Assembly (NCBI RefSeq): GCF_006345805.1
Contig: NC_043009.1
Location: 71,548,001 to 71,612,000, forward strand
Length of the DNA: 64,000 bases
Direction of reading: 5' to 3'
Source of the DNA: Octopus sinensis
Taxonomy: Eukaryota
A program made the position numbers and the translations under genes. Shown one piece after another: positions 49,290 to 61,400 of this stretch. Below the pieces are notes generated by a model. That model was given only the letters and a program-made list of their open reading frames with translations. It ran no database searches and was not told where the DNA came from. Position 1 is the first letter of the stretch. Each line of letters begins with the position of its first letter.

Positions 49290-52200
49290 GGTCATCAGTT
49301 GGCAGAAAGAGGATTCTTGCTGCAATAGCTCTGTGGTCATCAGTTGGCAGAAATAGGATTCTTGCTGCAATAGCTCTGTGGTCATCAGTTGGCAGAAATA
49401 GGATTCTTGCTGCAATAGCTCTGTGGTCATCAGTTGGCAGAAATAGGATTCTTGCTGCAATAGCTCTGTGGTCATCAGTTGGCAGAAATAGGATTCTTGC
49501 TGCAATAGCTCTGTGGTCATCAGTTGGCAGAAATAGGATTCTTGCTGCAATAGCTCTGTGGTCATCAGTTGGCAGAATAGGATTCTTGCTGCAATAGCTC
49601 TGTGGTCATCAGTTGGCAGAAATAAGATTCTTGCTGCAATAGCTCTGTGGTCATCAATTGGCAGAAATAAGATTCTTGCTGCAATAGCTCTGTGGTCATC
49701 AGTTGGCAGAAATAGGATTCTTGCTGCAATAGCTCTGTGGTCATCAGTTGGCAGAAATAAGATTCTTGCTGCAATAGCTCTGTGGTCATCAGTTGGCAGA
49801 AATAGGATTCTTGCTGCAATAGCTCTGTGGTCATCAGTTGGCAGAAATAGGATTCTTGCTGCAATAGCTCTGTGGTCATCAGTTGACAGAAATAGGATTC
49901 TTACTGCAATAGCTCTGTGGTCATCAGTTGGCAGAAATAGGATTCTTGCTGCAATAGCTCTGTGGTCATCAGTTGGCAGAAATAAGATTCTTGCTGCAAT
50001 AGCTCTGTGGTCATCAGTTGGCAGAAATAAGATTCTTGCTGCAATAGCTCTGTGGTCATCAGTTGGCAGAAATAGGATTCTTGCTGCAATAGCTCTGTGG
50101 TCATCAGTTGGCAGAAATAGGATTCTTGCTGCAATAGCTCTGTGGTCATCAGTTGGCAGAAATAGGATTCTTGCTGCAATAGCTCTGTGGTCATCAGTTG
50201 GCAGCAGAAATAGGATTCTTGCTGCAATAGCTCTGTGGTCATCAGTTGGCAGAATAGGATTCTCAGAAATAGGATTCTTGCTGCAATAGCTCTGTGGTCA
50301 TCAGTTGGCAGAAATAGGATTCTTGCTGCAATAGCTCTGTGGTCATCAGTTGGCAGAAATAGGATTCTTGCAGCAATAGCTCTGTGGTCATCAGTTGGCA
50401 GAAATAGGATTCTTGCTGCAATAGCTCTGTGGTCATCAGTTGGCAGAAATAGGATTCTTGCTGCAATAGCTCTGTGGTCATCAGTTGGCAGAAATAGGAT
50501 TCTTGCTGCAATAGCTCTGTGGTCATCAGTTGGCAGAAATAAGATTCTTGCTGCAATAGCTCTGTGGTCATCAGTTGGCAGAAATAGGATTCTTGCTGCA
50601 ATAGCTCTGTGGTCATCAGTTGGCAGAAATAGGATTCTTGCTGCAATAGCTCTGTGGTCATCAGTTGGCAGAAATAGGATTCTTGCTGCAATAGCTCTGT
50701 GGTCATCAGTTGGCAGAAATAGGATTCTTGCTGCAATAGCTCTGTGGTCATCAGTTGGCAGAAATAGGATTTTTGCTGCAATAGCTCTGTGGTCATCAGT
50801 TGGCAGAAATAGGATTCTTGCTGCAATAGCTCTGTGGTCATCAGTTGGCAGAAATAGGATTCTTGCTGCAATAGCTCTGTGGTCATCAGTTGGCAGAAAT
50901 AGGATTCTTGCTGCAATAGCTCTGTGGTCATCAGTTGCAGAAATAGGATTCTTGCTGCAATAGCTCTGTGGTCATCAGTTGGCAGAAATAGGATTCTTGC
51001 TGCAATAGCTCTGTGGTCATCAGTTGGCAGAAATAGGATTCTTGCTGCAATAGCTCTGTGGTCATCAGTTGGCAGAAATAGGATTCTTGCTGCAATAGCT
51101 CTGTGGTCATCAGTTGGCAGAAATAGGATTCTTGCTGCAATAGCTCTGTGGTCATCAGTTGGCAGAAATAGGATTCTTGCTGCAATAGCTCTGTGGTCAT
51201 CAGTTGGCAGAAATAGGATTCTTGCTGCAATAGCTCTGTGGTCATCAGTTGACAGAAATAGGATTCTTGCTGCAAAAGCTCTGTGGTCATCAGTTGGCAG
51301 AAATAGGATTCTTGCTGCAATAGCTCTGTGGTCATCAGTTGGCAGAAATAGGATTCTTGCTGCAATAGCTCTGTGGTCATCAGTTGGCAGAAATAGGATT
51401 CTTGCTGCAATAGCTCTGTGGTCATCAGTTGGCAGAAATAGGATTCTTGCTGCAATAGCTCTGTGGTCATCAGTTGACAGAAATAGGATTCTTACTGCAA
51501 TAGCTCTGTGGTCATCAGTTGGCAGAAATAGGATTCTTGCTGCAATAGCTCTGTGGTCATCAGTTGGCAGAAATAGATTCTTGCTGCAATAGCTCTGTGG
51601 TCATCAGTTGGCAGAAATAAGATTCTTGCTGCAATAGCTCTGTGGTCATCAGTTGGCAGAAATAGGATTCTTGCTGCAATAGCTCTGTGGTCATCAGTTG
51701 GCAGAAATAGGATTCTTGCTGCAATAGCTGTGGTCATCAGTTGGCAGAATAGGATTCTTGCTGCAATAGCTCTGTGGTCATCAGTTGGCAGAAATAGGAT
51801 CTTGCTGCAATAGCTCTGTGGTCATCAGTTGGCAGAAATAGGATTCTTGCTGCAATAGCTCTGTGGTCATCAGTTGGCAGAAATAGGATTCTTGCTGCAT
51901 AGCTCTGTGGTCATCAGTTGGCAGAAATAGGATTCTTGCAGCAATAGCTCTGTGGTCATCAGTTGGCAGAAATAGATTCTTGCTGCAATAGCTCTGTGGT
52001 CATCAGTTGGCAGAAATAGGATTCTTGCTGCAATAGCTCTGTGGTCATCAGTTGGCAGAAATAGGATTCTTGCTGCAATAGCTCTGTGGTCATCAGTTGG
52101 CAGAAATAGATTCTTGCTGCAATAGCTCTGTGGTCATCAGTTGGCAGAAATAGGATCTTGCTGCAATAGCTCTGTGTGGTCATCAGTTGGCAGAATAGGA

Positions 52201-53260
52201 TTCTTGCTGCAATAGCTCTGTGGTCATCAGTTGGCAGAAATAGGATTCTTGCTGCAATAGCTCTGTGGTCATCAGTTGGCAGAAATAGGATTCTTGCTGC
52301 TGCATAGCTCTGTGGTCATCAGTTGCAGAAATAGGATTCTTGCTGCTGCAATAGCTCTGTGGTCATCAGTTGGCAGAAATAGGATTTTTGCTGCAATAGC
52401 TCTGTGGTCATCAGTTGGCAGAAATAGGATTCTTGCTGCAATAGCTCTGTGGTCATCAGTTGGCAGAAATAGGATTCTTGCTGCAATAGCTCTGTGGTCA
52501 TCAGTTGGCAGAAATAGGATTCTTGCTGCAATAGCTCTGTGGTCATCAGTTGGCAGAAATAGGATTCTTGCTGCAATAGCTCTGTGGTCATCAGTTGGCA
52601 GAAATAGGATTCTTGCTGCAATAGCTCTGTGGTCATCAGTTGGCAGAAATAGGATTCTTGCTGCAATAGCTCTGTGGTCATCAGTTGGCAGAAATAGGAT
52701 TCTTGCTGCAATAGCTCTGTGGTCATCAGTTGGCAGAAATAGGATTCTTGCTGCAATAGCTCTGTGGTCATCAGTTGGCAGAAATAGGATTCTTGCTGCA
52801 ATAGCTCTGTGGTCATCAGTTGGCAGAAATAGGATTCTTGCTGCAATAGCTCTGTGGTCATCAGTTGGCAGAAATAGGATTTTTGCTGCAATAGCTCTGT
52901 GGTCATCAGTTGGCAGAAATAGGATTCTTGCTGCAATAGCTCTGTGGTCATCAGTTGGCAGAAATAGGATTCTTGCTGCAATAGCTCTGTGGTCATCAGT
53001 TGGCAGAAATAGGATTCTTGCTGCAATAGCTCTGTGGTCATCAGTTGCAGAAATAGGATTCTTGCTGCAATAGCTCTGTGGTCATCAGTTGGCAGAAATA
53101 GGATTCTTGCTGCAATAGCTCTGTGGTCATCAGTTGGCAGAAATAGGATTCTTGCTGCAATAGCTCTGTGGTCATCAGTTGGCAGAAATAGGATTCTTGC
53201 TGCAATAGCTCTGTGGTCATCAGTTGACAGAAATAGGATTCTTGCTGCAATAGCTCTGTG
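49290..53260. repeat. 45-bp satellite array, about 88 copies
   Basis: Unit GTCATCAGTTGGCAGAAATAGGATTCTTGCTGCAATAGCTCTGTG; highly homogeneous. Confidence 0.98.
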
Positions 53261-53832
53261 GTGTTGCTTCATATTGTTGTTATCCAAAACGTCCATATCT
53301 GCTTCTAGTGAGTGATGGCCACTAAAAACTCCTATGCTCTGGTTCATTGTTGTGTGGTGTTACAGCTGGTCATTTGACTAATGACCAACATCACAGAGGT
53401 CTGCTATTGCCATCACCATCATCATCATCATCACCGCCAGCAGCAGCTGATTTGCCAGAATGATTTGCCAGGATCTAATCAGTCCAAAAACACCATTCTT
53501 TGCATCATACTCCATTCTTTAAATTCTATGAGTTATTCTTTTGTATATTTGAATACCTAGCAGGGAGTTTTTATCTACTAATTGCATGAATAATTTCAAC
53601 CAATTGACGTTTTTTTTTTCGATCCATTCCAAATCTTTATCTTCCATCGATCTTTTTAAATGGAACCACCAATGTCTTCGCTTCTCTCTTTGCATTTTTG
53701 CATCAACTAAACTTCATTCATTGCAACGGTTGCTCCTTCACTCATACTGAAACCCTGTCTGTCCGTCCGTCTGTCCGCCTGTCTGCCTGTTTGTCTGTCT
53801 GTCAGTATGGCTGTCCATCTGACTGTCTATCT

Positions 53833-53871
<39 letters not shown>

Positions 53872-54329
53872 CTGTGCTTAATTCTGTGTCACCAATTTCC
53901 AAGAAATTCCAACCAAATATATACACAGATGCCTGCACATACTCAGTGAAGCAAGTGTGTGTGTGTGTGTGTGTGTGTGTTTGTGTGTGCGTGTGTGTGG
54001 GTGGGTGAGTATGAGAGTGTGTGCGTGTTTGAGTATTTAGATTTAAATTTAAGTTTTTTGTATATTTTTTGGATCCAAGAGAATAAAAGATGAATTTTAA
54101 AGAAAATATCATCCTTAACTTTTGGCAGACATTTTTCTTTCCTTGTTTTATTCATACTTGAATCTTTTACTTACACTTAATGCCATACACACACACACAT
54201 GCACACACACACATACACATACATACAGACACACATACATACATAAATATATATACACACACACAGGCACACACCGCATACACACCGCACACACACACAC
54301 ACGTGCGCATGATGGGAGCAGTTTCCATC

Positions 54330-55340
54330 AGCCGAACTCCATTCTCAAAGTGTCAGACAACAAAACCCTATATTGGAAGACATTTGCTTAATTCTGTGCA
54401 ACAGAATCAAATCCACCCTTTGTATGATTGCGAAATGAATTCCTTAATTCCTTGGCTCTGCCTCTTTCTAAAATCCTCTAGAAATTCTTTTGCTCTGACC
54501 ATCACCACTAATGGAACTCCACAGGAACTGATGTCCATCATACATTCACCCCAAGAATCTCTGATTGATAATGTGGAACAGAATAATATCAAATCACTGG
54601 AATTTGTGACTGAAAAGGTAAAACAGATATCTCCACACCAGGAAGCATTGCCTGAAAGCCAAATACGAAAATCTGAGTTGGCACCAAATAATCCTGTTTA
54701 TAATGCCACTCCTTAGGTGGTTTCCCTTTCTCATTCTCCTAATCTCTGGTTATTTTTGTTTTGACCCTCTTTTAAAAATGGTGTCAGAAATTTAGAATAT
54801 CATGAGCAGCTAATTCCAATCAAAAATAATGTATACAAAACATGTTGTGTTTGTTTCAGTTGCAGAAAATCTTTGCAGCCAAAACGTAGCCAGCATGCAT
54901 GTTTATTCGAATGCACACCATTGAGACTTCCCGCGTGACAAGAATCCACTGTGTCTGGTGGAAGAAACTGTGTCTATTCCTGAAGCACAAGATGTTTAAC
55001 GCTTTGAATTGACTGTGCCCCAGTTCCTTAGTGACCTGAAAAGCACAAAAGAATCGTTGCATGTGTAACATATATAAGCCATTAGGAAGAAGTTCTAAAA
55101 CTCATTCCTTCAACTTGGCTTCCATTCCATCATATGAAACCAATATAATTCTCAGCATTTCCACCAACTGCGAAGAGACCGGATGATTAATACCAAATTT
55201 CGATTCCGTTGCACCGTTTGTGTTTCTTTTGGCAAATTCAATTATTTTAATCTCGACTTTTACCACTTTGGAACTCTTTTGTTTTCTCTTCTACAATGAG
55301 ATGATGCGATAGATTTGCTGTTCATAAATTGGTGAAGAAC
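54330..55340 (-). pseudogene. pogo/Tigger-like transposase remnant
   Basis: KIIEFAKRNTNGATESKFGIN (Brinker-DBD-like), FKAL...FRNRHSF (CENP-B HTH-like), and SGDG...KGWI (DDE_1-like) in shifted frames. Confidence 0.5.
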
Positions 55341-55559
55341 AACAATTATATTTATATTGACTTATGACGAACAGAAACTGGAAATAGGAAAAGTGATTAC
55401 ATCAGCATTTTATTGGATTTCAATTATGATAATTAATGTTGAAATTGTCCAATCACAACAAGCATAAGTTTAGCCATTCCGTCCTGATGCATGGTTAAGT
55501 GAGTCAATCATGAGAGAGTCTTTCAGCAGGAGACAAGGTTTGAAGAAGCCAGGCTGCTG

Positions 55560-55850
55560 TTCTGTTCATCAATAAATGTACCACTCGATAGCATCAACTA
55601 CTGACCCAATAAGAGCCAATGTTTTCTCAGATTCCCAGAAAATGTGCAAGAGAGAAGATTGCATTGACTTGGTCATGTGATGTGTATGAATGTGAAGAGT
55701 TGCATCGGGAAGTGCAGATCCTTTAAAGTGGTTGGAACTTGTGGAAGAAGGAGATCCAAAAAGACCAGGGATGAAGTATTGAAGGAGGATCTCAAGACAT
55801 GAAGCCATACAAAAGAGATGACAAAGGTCAAAGGTGATATTGCCTCATGC
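55560..55850 (+). pseudogene. Old RTE 3' ORF fragment
   Basis: VGTCGRRRSKKTRDEVLKEDL motif. Confidence 0.55.
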
Positions 55851-55989
55851 TCAGACATATTCTTGAGGAATAATGGAAATAAGTGTCACTGCCCAAAGGA
55901 TCCAGTGAAAATGCCATCAAAAAGTCTTGTGGTTCACACCCGCTTTCTCTCTAAATGTAAAAGCTTGTATGGATAAGAACTAACTGGAT

Positions 55990-56510
55990 AAACACTTTCA
56001 TCATATGAATAGGTTCTGTAAAATATATAATTAAACACACCTGTGCACCCAGGATAAAGAAAATATTAGTAGGCCCACACCTGAGACAGAGGCAAGATGC
56101 TCATGTAGGGGCAACACTACATGTCTCTTTAATGACCACTGAGAAAGAGGGACAATTGTGTATGAGGCAGAGTTCAGATCAAAGGACCCCAACAGTCAGT
56201 GAAATGTGCAGAAGTATGTGAAGGTCCTTTAAGGGCCTTCTGTCTCATTCACATACCTCCTCCTTCAACATTCAAGTGAGACCCACTAACCACTGCTTTA
56301 ACTAGGCATTTATAGTCATTGAAGCAAAGCACCATGGATTAGAAAATCAAGTGGAAAATCTTGGAGAAGTGCAAACCTTGTTTTAATAGTAGTAGTAAGT
56401 GCAGATTATGCCAAGAAAAGAATTATATTAAAAATTTCTGTCATTAGTATATCTACATAAACTGCAAAAGCAAGATTTTCAGCTTGTGTCCACATGAGAG
56501 AAGATAATGC
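55990..56510 (+). pseudogene. Penelope-like element GIY-YIG endonuclease C-terminal remnant
   Basis: CSCRGNTTC, IVYEAEF, KIKWKILEKCKPCFNSSSKCRLCQEK and KSKIFSLCPH motifs. Confidence 0.65.
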
Positions 56511-57194
56511 TTGCTTACCTATGGTCCTCATCATGATTATAAATGCTAGGATCTCCACCATTGATCCTCCCACAATCACATTTTGAGAACCCAGCAAAGT
56601 TTTGACCAAACCATACACACATGGACACACATATTTACATGAACTCACACAAGGAGTTAAAGGTTTGTGCATCCACTTAATTCCTGCCTCTGAAAACCTC
56701 TCAAAACCTCCCAGTACATACCAGCCCCTTAACTCCTCTACACATGTACTTATCCAAAAGACTCCGGCTGCATCACTGCTAATTCAGGAAGTTTGGTGAA
56801 CAAAGGGATATAACTATTGGCAAGATTGACTGTAATGGATCTATAATACTTCAATAAATGTGTGAGTGCACGTCTTACCTTTGGCCCTAAACACCTGATG
56901 GAGTTATAGTGGTGCCTTTATGATTTACAATATGTCTTGTACATTTAAACTTGATAGAGACCATTTGAACCCAGTCGATTTCTTCAGAGTGAAAGAAGAA
57001 GAACCAATCTCAATACTGATGGAGTTCACTGTTTATCAGCTGTAAAAGAATAAAGGCAAAGTTGACCTAAACCAGATTTGAACTCAAAGAACTGAGATCT
57101 GAAATGTAAGCTGCAAGTCGTTTATTTAGTGCTCTAGCGACTCTGCTAATTAACCTTATATAATCTGTCTAGTGCTACTTTCCTTGGTTTGTTT

Positions 57195-57298
57195 AATCCC
57201 TGGTGCAGCCTTCTGGCTTCACAGACCCCAGTTGAACCGTCCAACCCATGCTAGCATGGAAAGCGGACTCTAAATGATGATGATGATGATGATGATGA
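57195..57298 (+). mobile_element. RTE 3' tip with (GAT)n tail
   Basis: ccaacccatgctagcatggaaagcggactctaaatgatg. Confidence 0.75.
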
Positions 57299-58231
57299 TA
57301 CAGGATGCAATAGCTAAGTTGTTGCCATTTTATATTTTTTTAATTTCACACATGCGCATTGTTTGTTTTTGATTTTCTTGACTACACAGTTTAGTAGGTC
57401 CAGCTACACACCGTCTGTGAGAAAACAACATCATCATCATCATCATCATCATGACGCAATTCACTCTGACGCAATTCACCATGACGCAATTCACTCTGCC
57501 AGAAATTTGGAAACGACATGCTGTAGTGCTTGGCATTCGTGCTGGAATCTTCAATAAGAATATTTCAGAGTGTTTGGGTGTCAATCTGAGGACAGACGAT
57601 TCAGAAAGAGTTGCATGAGTCTAATGGTGAGTACAAAGATAAGGCAGCTCAGAAAACTTACTCTGATCGTTCTGATAAGAAAAGAACTCCTGAATTTGTT
57701 GGTGAGATTCAGGTGATGATTGACAACGGTCCCTCCAAGTCAATCAGGTCCATTTCCAGAGACATGGGAGTTTCTGAGTTTCTTGCGAGGCAAAAAAGGT
57801 GCATGAAAACATTTGGTATTCCTCATACAAGATGAGAAAGGGCCAATTTTTATCCCAAGCCATCAAGGAAAAGAGGAAAGGCTGCACTACAAAGCTTTTG
57901 AACCAAGTCAAGCATCCCCTCCAACCGAACATGCTTTGGTTTTTCTGAGATGAGAAAAATTTTGTAGGATCAGATGGTGAACACACAGAATAACTGTTGA
58001 ATTGCTGCGTCCCCAAAGCATGATAAAAATCAAACATCCAGCCAACATCATGGTGTTTGGAGTGATCACTAGTGATGGTGACTTTATGCCTCCATTCACT
58101 TTCCCACATTTACTCTTTAGTATTTCAAGATATTTTTATGTAATTTTGGTAAATATTTCTGTTAAAATGAGATGTCAGTGTTATTTTCATTTTTGCATAA
58201 TTTAGATGACAATTTATTCACTGCACCCTGT
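57299..58231 (+). mobile_element. Second maT-family copy, internally deleted
   Basis: Homologous to 35060-35790; imperfect TIRs ACAGGATGCAATAGCTAAGTTGT and ACAATTTATTCACTGCACCCTGT; catalytic region deleted after ttcccaca. Confidence 0.8.
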
Positions 58232-58263
58232 GTGTGTGTATGTATATATATATATATATATAT

Positions 58264-59230
58264 ATACCAAGGTGACCAAGTCAGTAGTGCAGGTTGCTCT
58301 GAGAGTGTAGCTGCTAGAATAAGAATAGCTTGGGCAAAGTTCAGAAAGCTCCTACCTCCACTGGCAACAAAAGGCCTCTCGCTCAGAGTGAAAGGTAGAC
58401 TGTATGATGCATGTGTGTGAACAGCCATGCTACATGGTAGTGAAACATAGGCTGTGACTGCCAAGGACAGGCATAGGCTTGAAAGAAATGAAGCCAGTAT
58501 GCTTCACTGGATGTGTAATGTCAGTGTGCAGGTTTGATAGTGTGTAAGCCTCCTGAGAGAATTGTTGGACATGAGAAGCATCAGATATGGTGTGCAAGAG
58601 AGATGACTGCACTGGTATGGTCAAGTGTTGCGTATAGGTGAGGACAGCTATGTGAAGAAGTGCTACACCCTAACAGTGGAAGGAACCTGTGGAAGAGGTA
58701 GATCCAGGAAGACCTGGCGTGAGGTGGTAAAGCATGACCTTCAAACATTGAGCCTCATAGAGGCAATGGCAAGAGACGGAGACCTTTGGAGATATGCTGT
58801 GACTGAGAAGACCAGGCAAGTAAAATAAGATCACAGCCATGGCTGATACCAGTGTTGCATAACTGCTCCATTTAAAAGTATCCTTGAATTGTCAAGCAAT
58901 ATGATGTGCTTGAGAAGACATGTTGAGCCAAGTGAAATCATTGTCGTGGCTGCCTGAATGGCACCCATGACAGTGACATGTGAAAAGCACCATTCGAGCA
59001 TGGTTGATGCCAGTGCTGCCAGACTGGCTCCTGTGCCAGTGGCAGGTAAAAAGCACCCACTACAATCTCAGAGTGGTTGGCATTAGGAAAGGCATACAGC
59101 TGTAGAAATCTTGCCAGATCAGATTGGAGCCTGGTGCAGCCTCTTGGCTTGCCAGCCCTCAGTCAAAGCATCCAACCCATGCCAGCATGGAAAGCAGACA
59201 TTAAACAATGATGATGATAATGATGATGAT
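58264..59230 (+). mobile_element. RTE LINE fossil, 5'-truncated, (GAT)n tail
   Basis: GDQVSS...RIRIAWAKFRKLLP...GRGRSRKTW; about 97% identical by eye to the reverse complement of 46030-46670. Confidence 0.88.
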
Positions 59231-59326
59231 ACATTATATAAAGTATATTGACATAAGTCACCCTATTCCTAAAGAACAAACACACACCCCAACAGCATTT
59301 TAAATTGAATTAATTTTATAATTTAT

Positions 59327-59446
59327 TTAAAGGCTAGGATTGTCTACCTTGGCTTTCTTGACCAGAGTTTTGCCAATGACATATTTTTTTTCTTTTCCTT
59401 TTGATTTCTTGTCATCACTTAAAACCAATTCAAATTTCTTTGCCCG
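59327..59446 (-). CDS. Candidate Lys-rich coding exon (terminal, or internal ending at 59348)
   Basis: ttggttcctgcag|CGG acceptor; RAKKFELVLSDDKKSKGKEKKYVIGKTLVKKAKVDNPSL*; AATAAA overlaps the stop; alternative donor AAG|GTAGAC. Confidence 0.3.
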   Translation of the reverse strand, partial: RAKKFELVLSDDKKSKGKEKKYVIGKTLVKKAKVDNPSL

Positions 59447-59546
59447 CTGCAGGAACCAATTTATTGTAAATTTACATAAACAGTTCATGATTTTAAAATA
59501 TTCATAGGTTTTCCTGTAAAATATAATATATCTCTCTCTATCTAGG

Positions 59547-60060
59547 TCACCGCATAGGATGCCCCATGATTGTTTCCACACGTTTTCCCCATTCATCTCG
59601 ATCTTCCATAATGGTCCTCAGCGCCTGTACCCCTTCCATACCAGTATTCTCCAGCAAGTTGTCAATGCAGGTCGGCTTCCTCCTTCCTCTCCTGGTTCTT
59701 CCTTCCGTTGGTTTCCAGAGCACTAGCTTGTTAGCAATTTCATCGGTGTGTCTGATGCAGTGTCCAGCTAACCTCATCCTTCTATGCTGCATCTTCAATG
59801 TTACTTTTGGTAGTCCCTGGAATGAGTCGGTGTTTGGTGTATGACTCTTCCAGGAGACATTAAAAGTGCCATTCTAAACATCCTCGCATAACAACCATCC
59901 AGCTGCTTCTTCAAAGTACTGAAAAAAGGCATCGTAGCAAGGAGAGCTCTTGCTAGGGGTGCTTGCCATAAATTGAGAAAGAAATTGAAAGTGGGGCTGT
60001 GTTCTGGCAACACTGGAGTCTGTTCTTCTATACGGGGCTGAAACATGGACGCTCACTAAA
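59547..60060 (-). pseudogene. Second-family RTE C-terminal fragment
   Basis: KKQLDGCYARMFRMAL and RMRLAGHCIRH...LVLWKPTEGRTRRGRRK motifs. Confidence 0.8.
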
Positions 60061-60116
60061 TATAATGTAATATAAAATAATACAATATAGTATACTCTGT
60101 GTGTGTGTGTGTGTGT

Positions 60117-60166
<50 letters not shown>

Positions 60167-60171
60167 TGTGT

Positions 60172-60229
<58 letters not shown>

Positions 60230-60509
60230 AGTGTGAACACCCCAAAATAATATGAGTCCACCAGAAAACGGGTTTTTTATGTAATTAGCTTTGCAAAAAA
60301 AAATGGAGAAACTAATATTTAAATGATTTAAGTGAAATATAGAAGAGAGAGAGAGAGAGCAAGCCATTCTATTAACAGGAATGGAGAAAAAGGAATTGAA
60401 CATGGAGAATATCAATTTCTATTTCAATGTTTTAGATTTAACAGCAATCATTTGATTCCATTAAAATATAAAAATAAAAGATTATTGAGAAAAGTAAAAG
60501 AAAAAGAAA

Positions 60510-60547
<38 letters not shown>

Positions 60548-61149
60548 AAGAAACAAAGAAGGAAAGAAAGAAAGGAAGAGAGTTGTCAATGAACCAAGTC
60601 GAAGTAAGCAAAATTCCCAGGATAGCAGTCAAAAGGAGTGGAGACAAACTCAGCAGTGGTTGCCACTCTAGGATTTCATAGTTAGTCATCTGTAAATCTT
60701 GATGATTTTGTGAGTCATTCCCATTTTTTAGGAGAGGGTAGGAAGGTAGAAAAATAAAAAACTTAGTAAAATACAAAAATCCCAGAATTTAAAGAATTGC
60801 ATTTGGCAAAAGTCAGTGGAACAATTTTAAGAGGAACTGTCTTGAGACTGGTTGGGTTCAGAATTAAATTATAATCTTAATTCAATCTCATTGTAATGTA
60901 AAATAACTCTCTCTCTCTCTCTCTCTCTCCCTCAATCTCTCTCTTTCCTCTCTCTCTTCCTCTCTCTCTCTCTAGCCAGGTAACAAAACACCTGTTTCTG
61001 CCTCTGTCTCTCTGTCACACTCGAACCTTTCATCATCTGACACATGATCCCATCCTCTAATGTCCCCTCTCTTCTCAAAGGATCTTCGTCTTCCTCCTCC
61101 AATTACCCTTTCCCTCTCAAAAATTCCTTGTTTTGCAAGTTACTTGGTG

Positions 61150-61332
61150 ACCCTGCAGGTGCTGGTGCCACATAAAAAGCATCCAGTTCACACTGGGGGA
61201 AGGGCATTTGCAAGGGTATACAGCCATAAAAACTATGCCAAAACAGACACAGTAGCCTGGTGCAGGCCCCTACATGGCCGGCTTCTGTCAAACTGAAAGG
61301 AGGACATTAAATGATGATGATGATGATGATGA
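61150..61332 (+). mobile_element. Degenerate RTE 3' end
   Basis: ggtgccacataaaaagca...gacattaaatgatg. Confidence 0.6.
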
Positions 61333-61400
61333 TATATACATCCATACAGACATTTACATATATGCATACATATGTACACACACACACACACATATATATA

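Noticed and set aside
49290-53260. CRISPR-like array, or a hammerhead/box C/D array (minus-strand unit contains CTGATGA)
   Set aside because: There are no unique spacers and no cas genes. The minus strand lacks the GAAA half of the hammerhead core, and there is no terminal stem or box C/D pairing.
54180-54716. 178-aa plus-strand ORF
   Set aside because: It starts in a (CA)n microsatellite and is the antisense of the pogo-like remnant.
57448-57497. Triplicated 15-bp TGACGCAATTCAC unit
   Set aside because: A local slippage duplication inside a dead maT copy, with no evidence of function.
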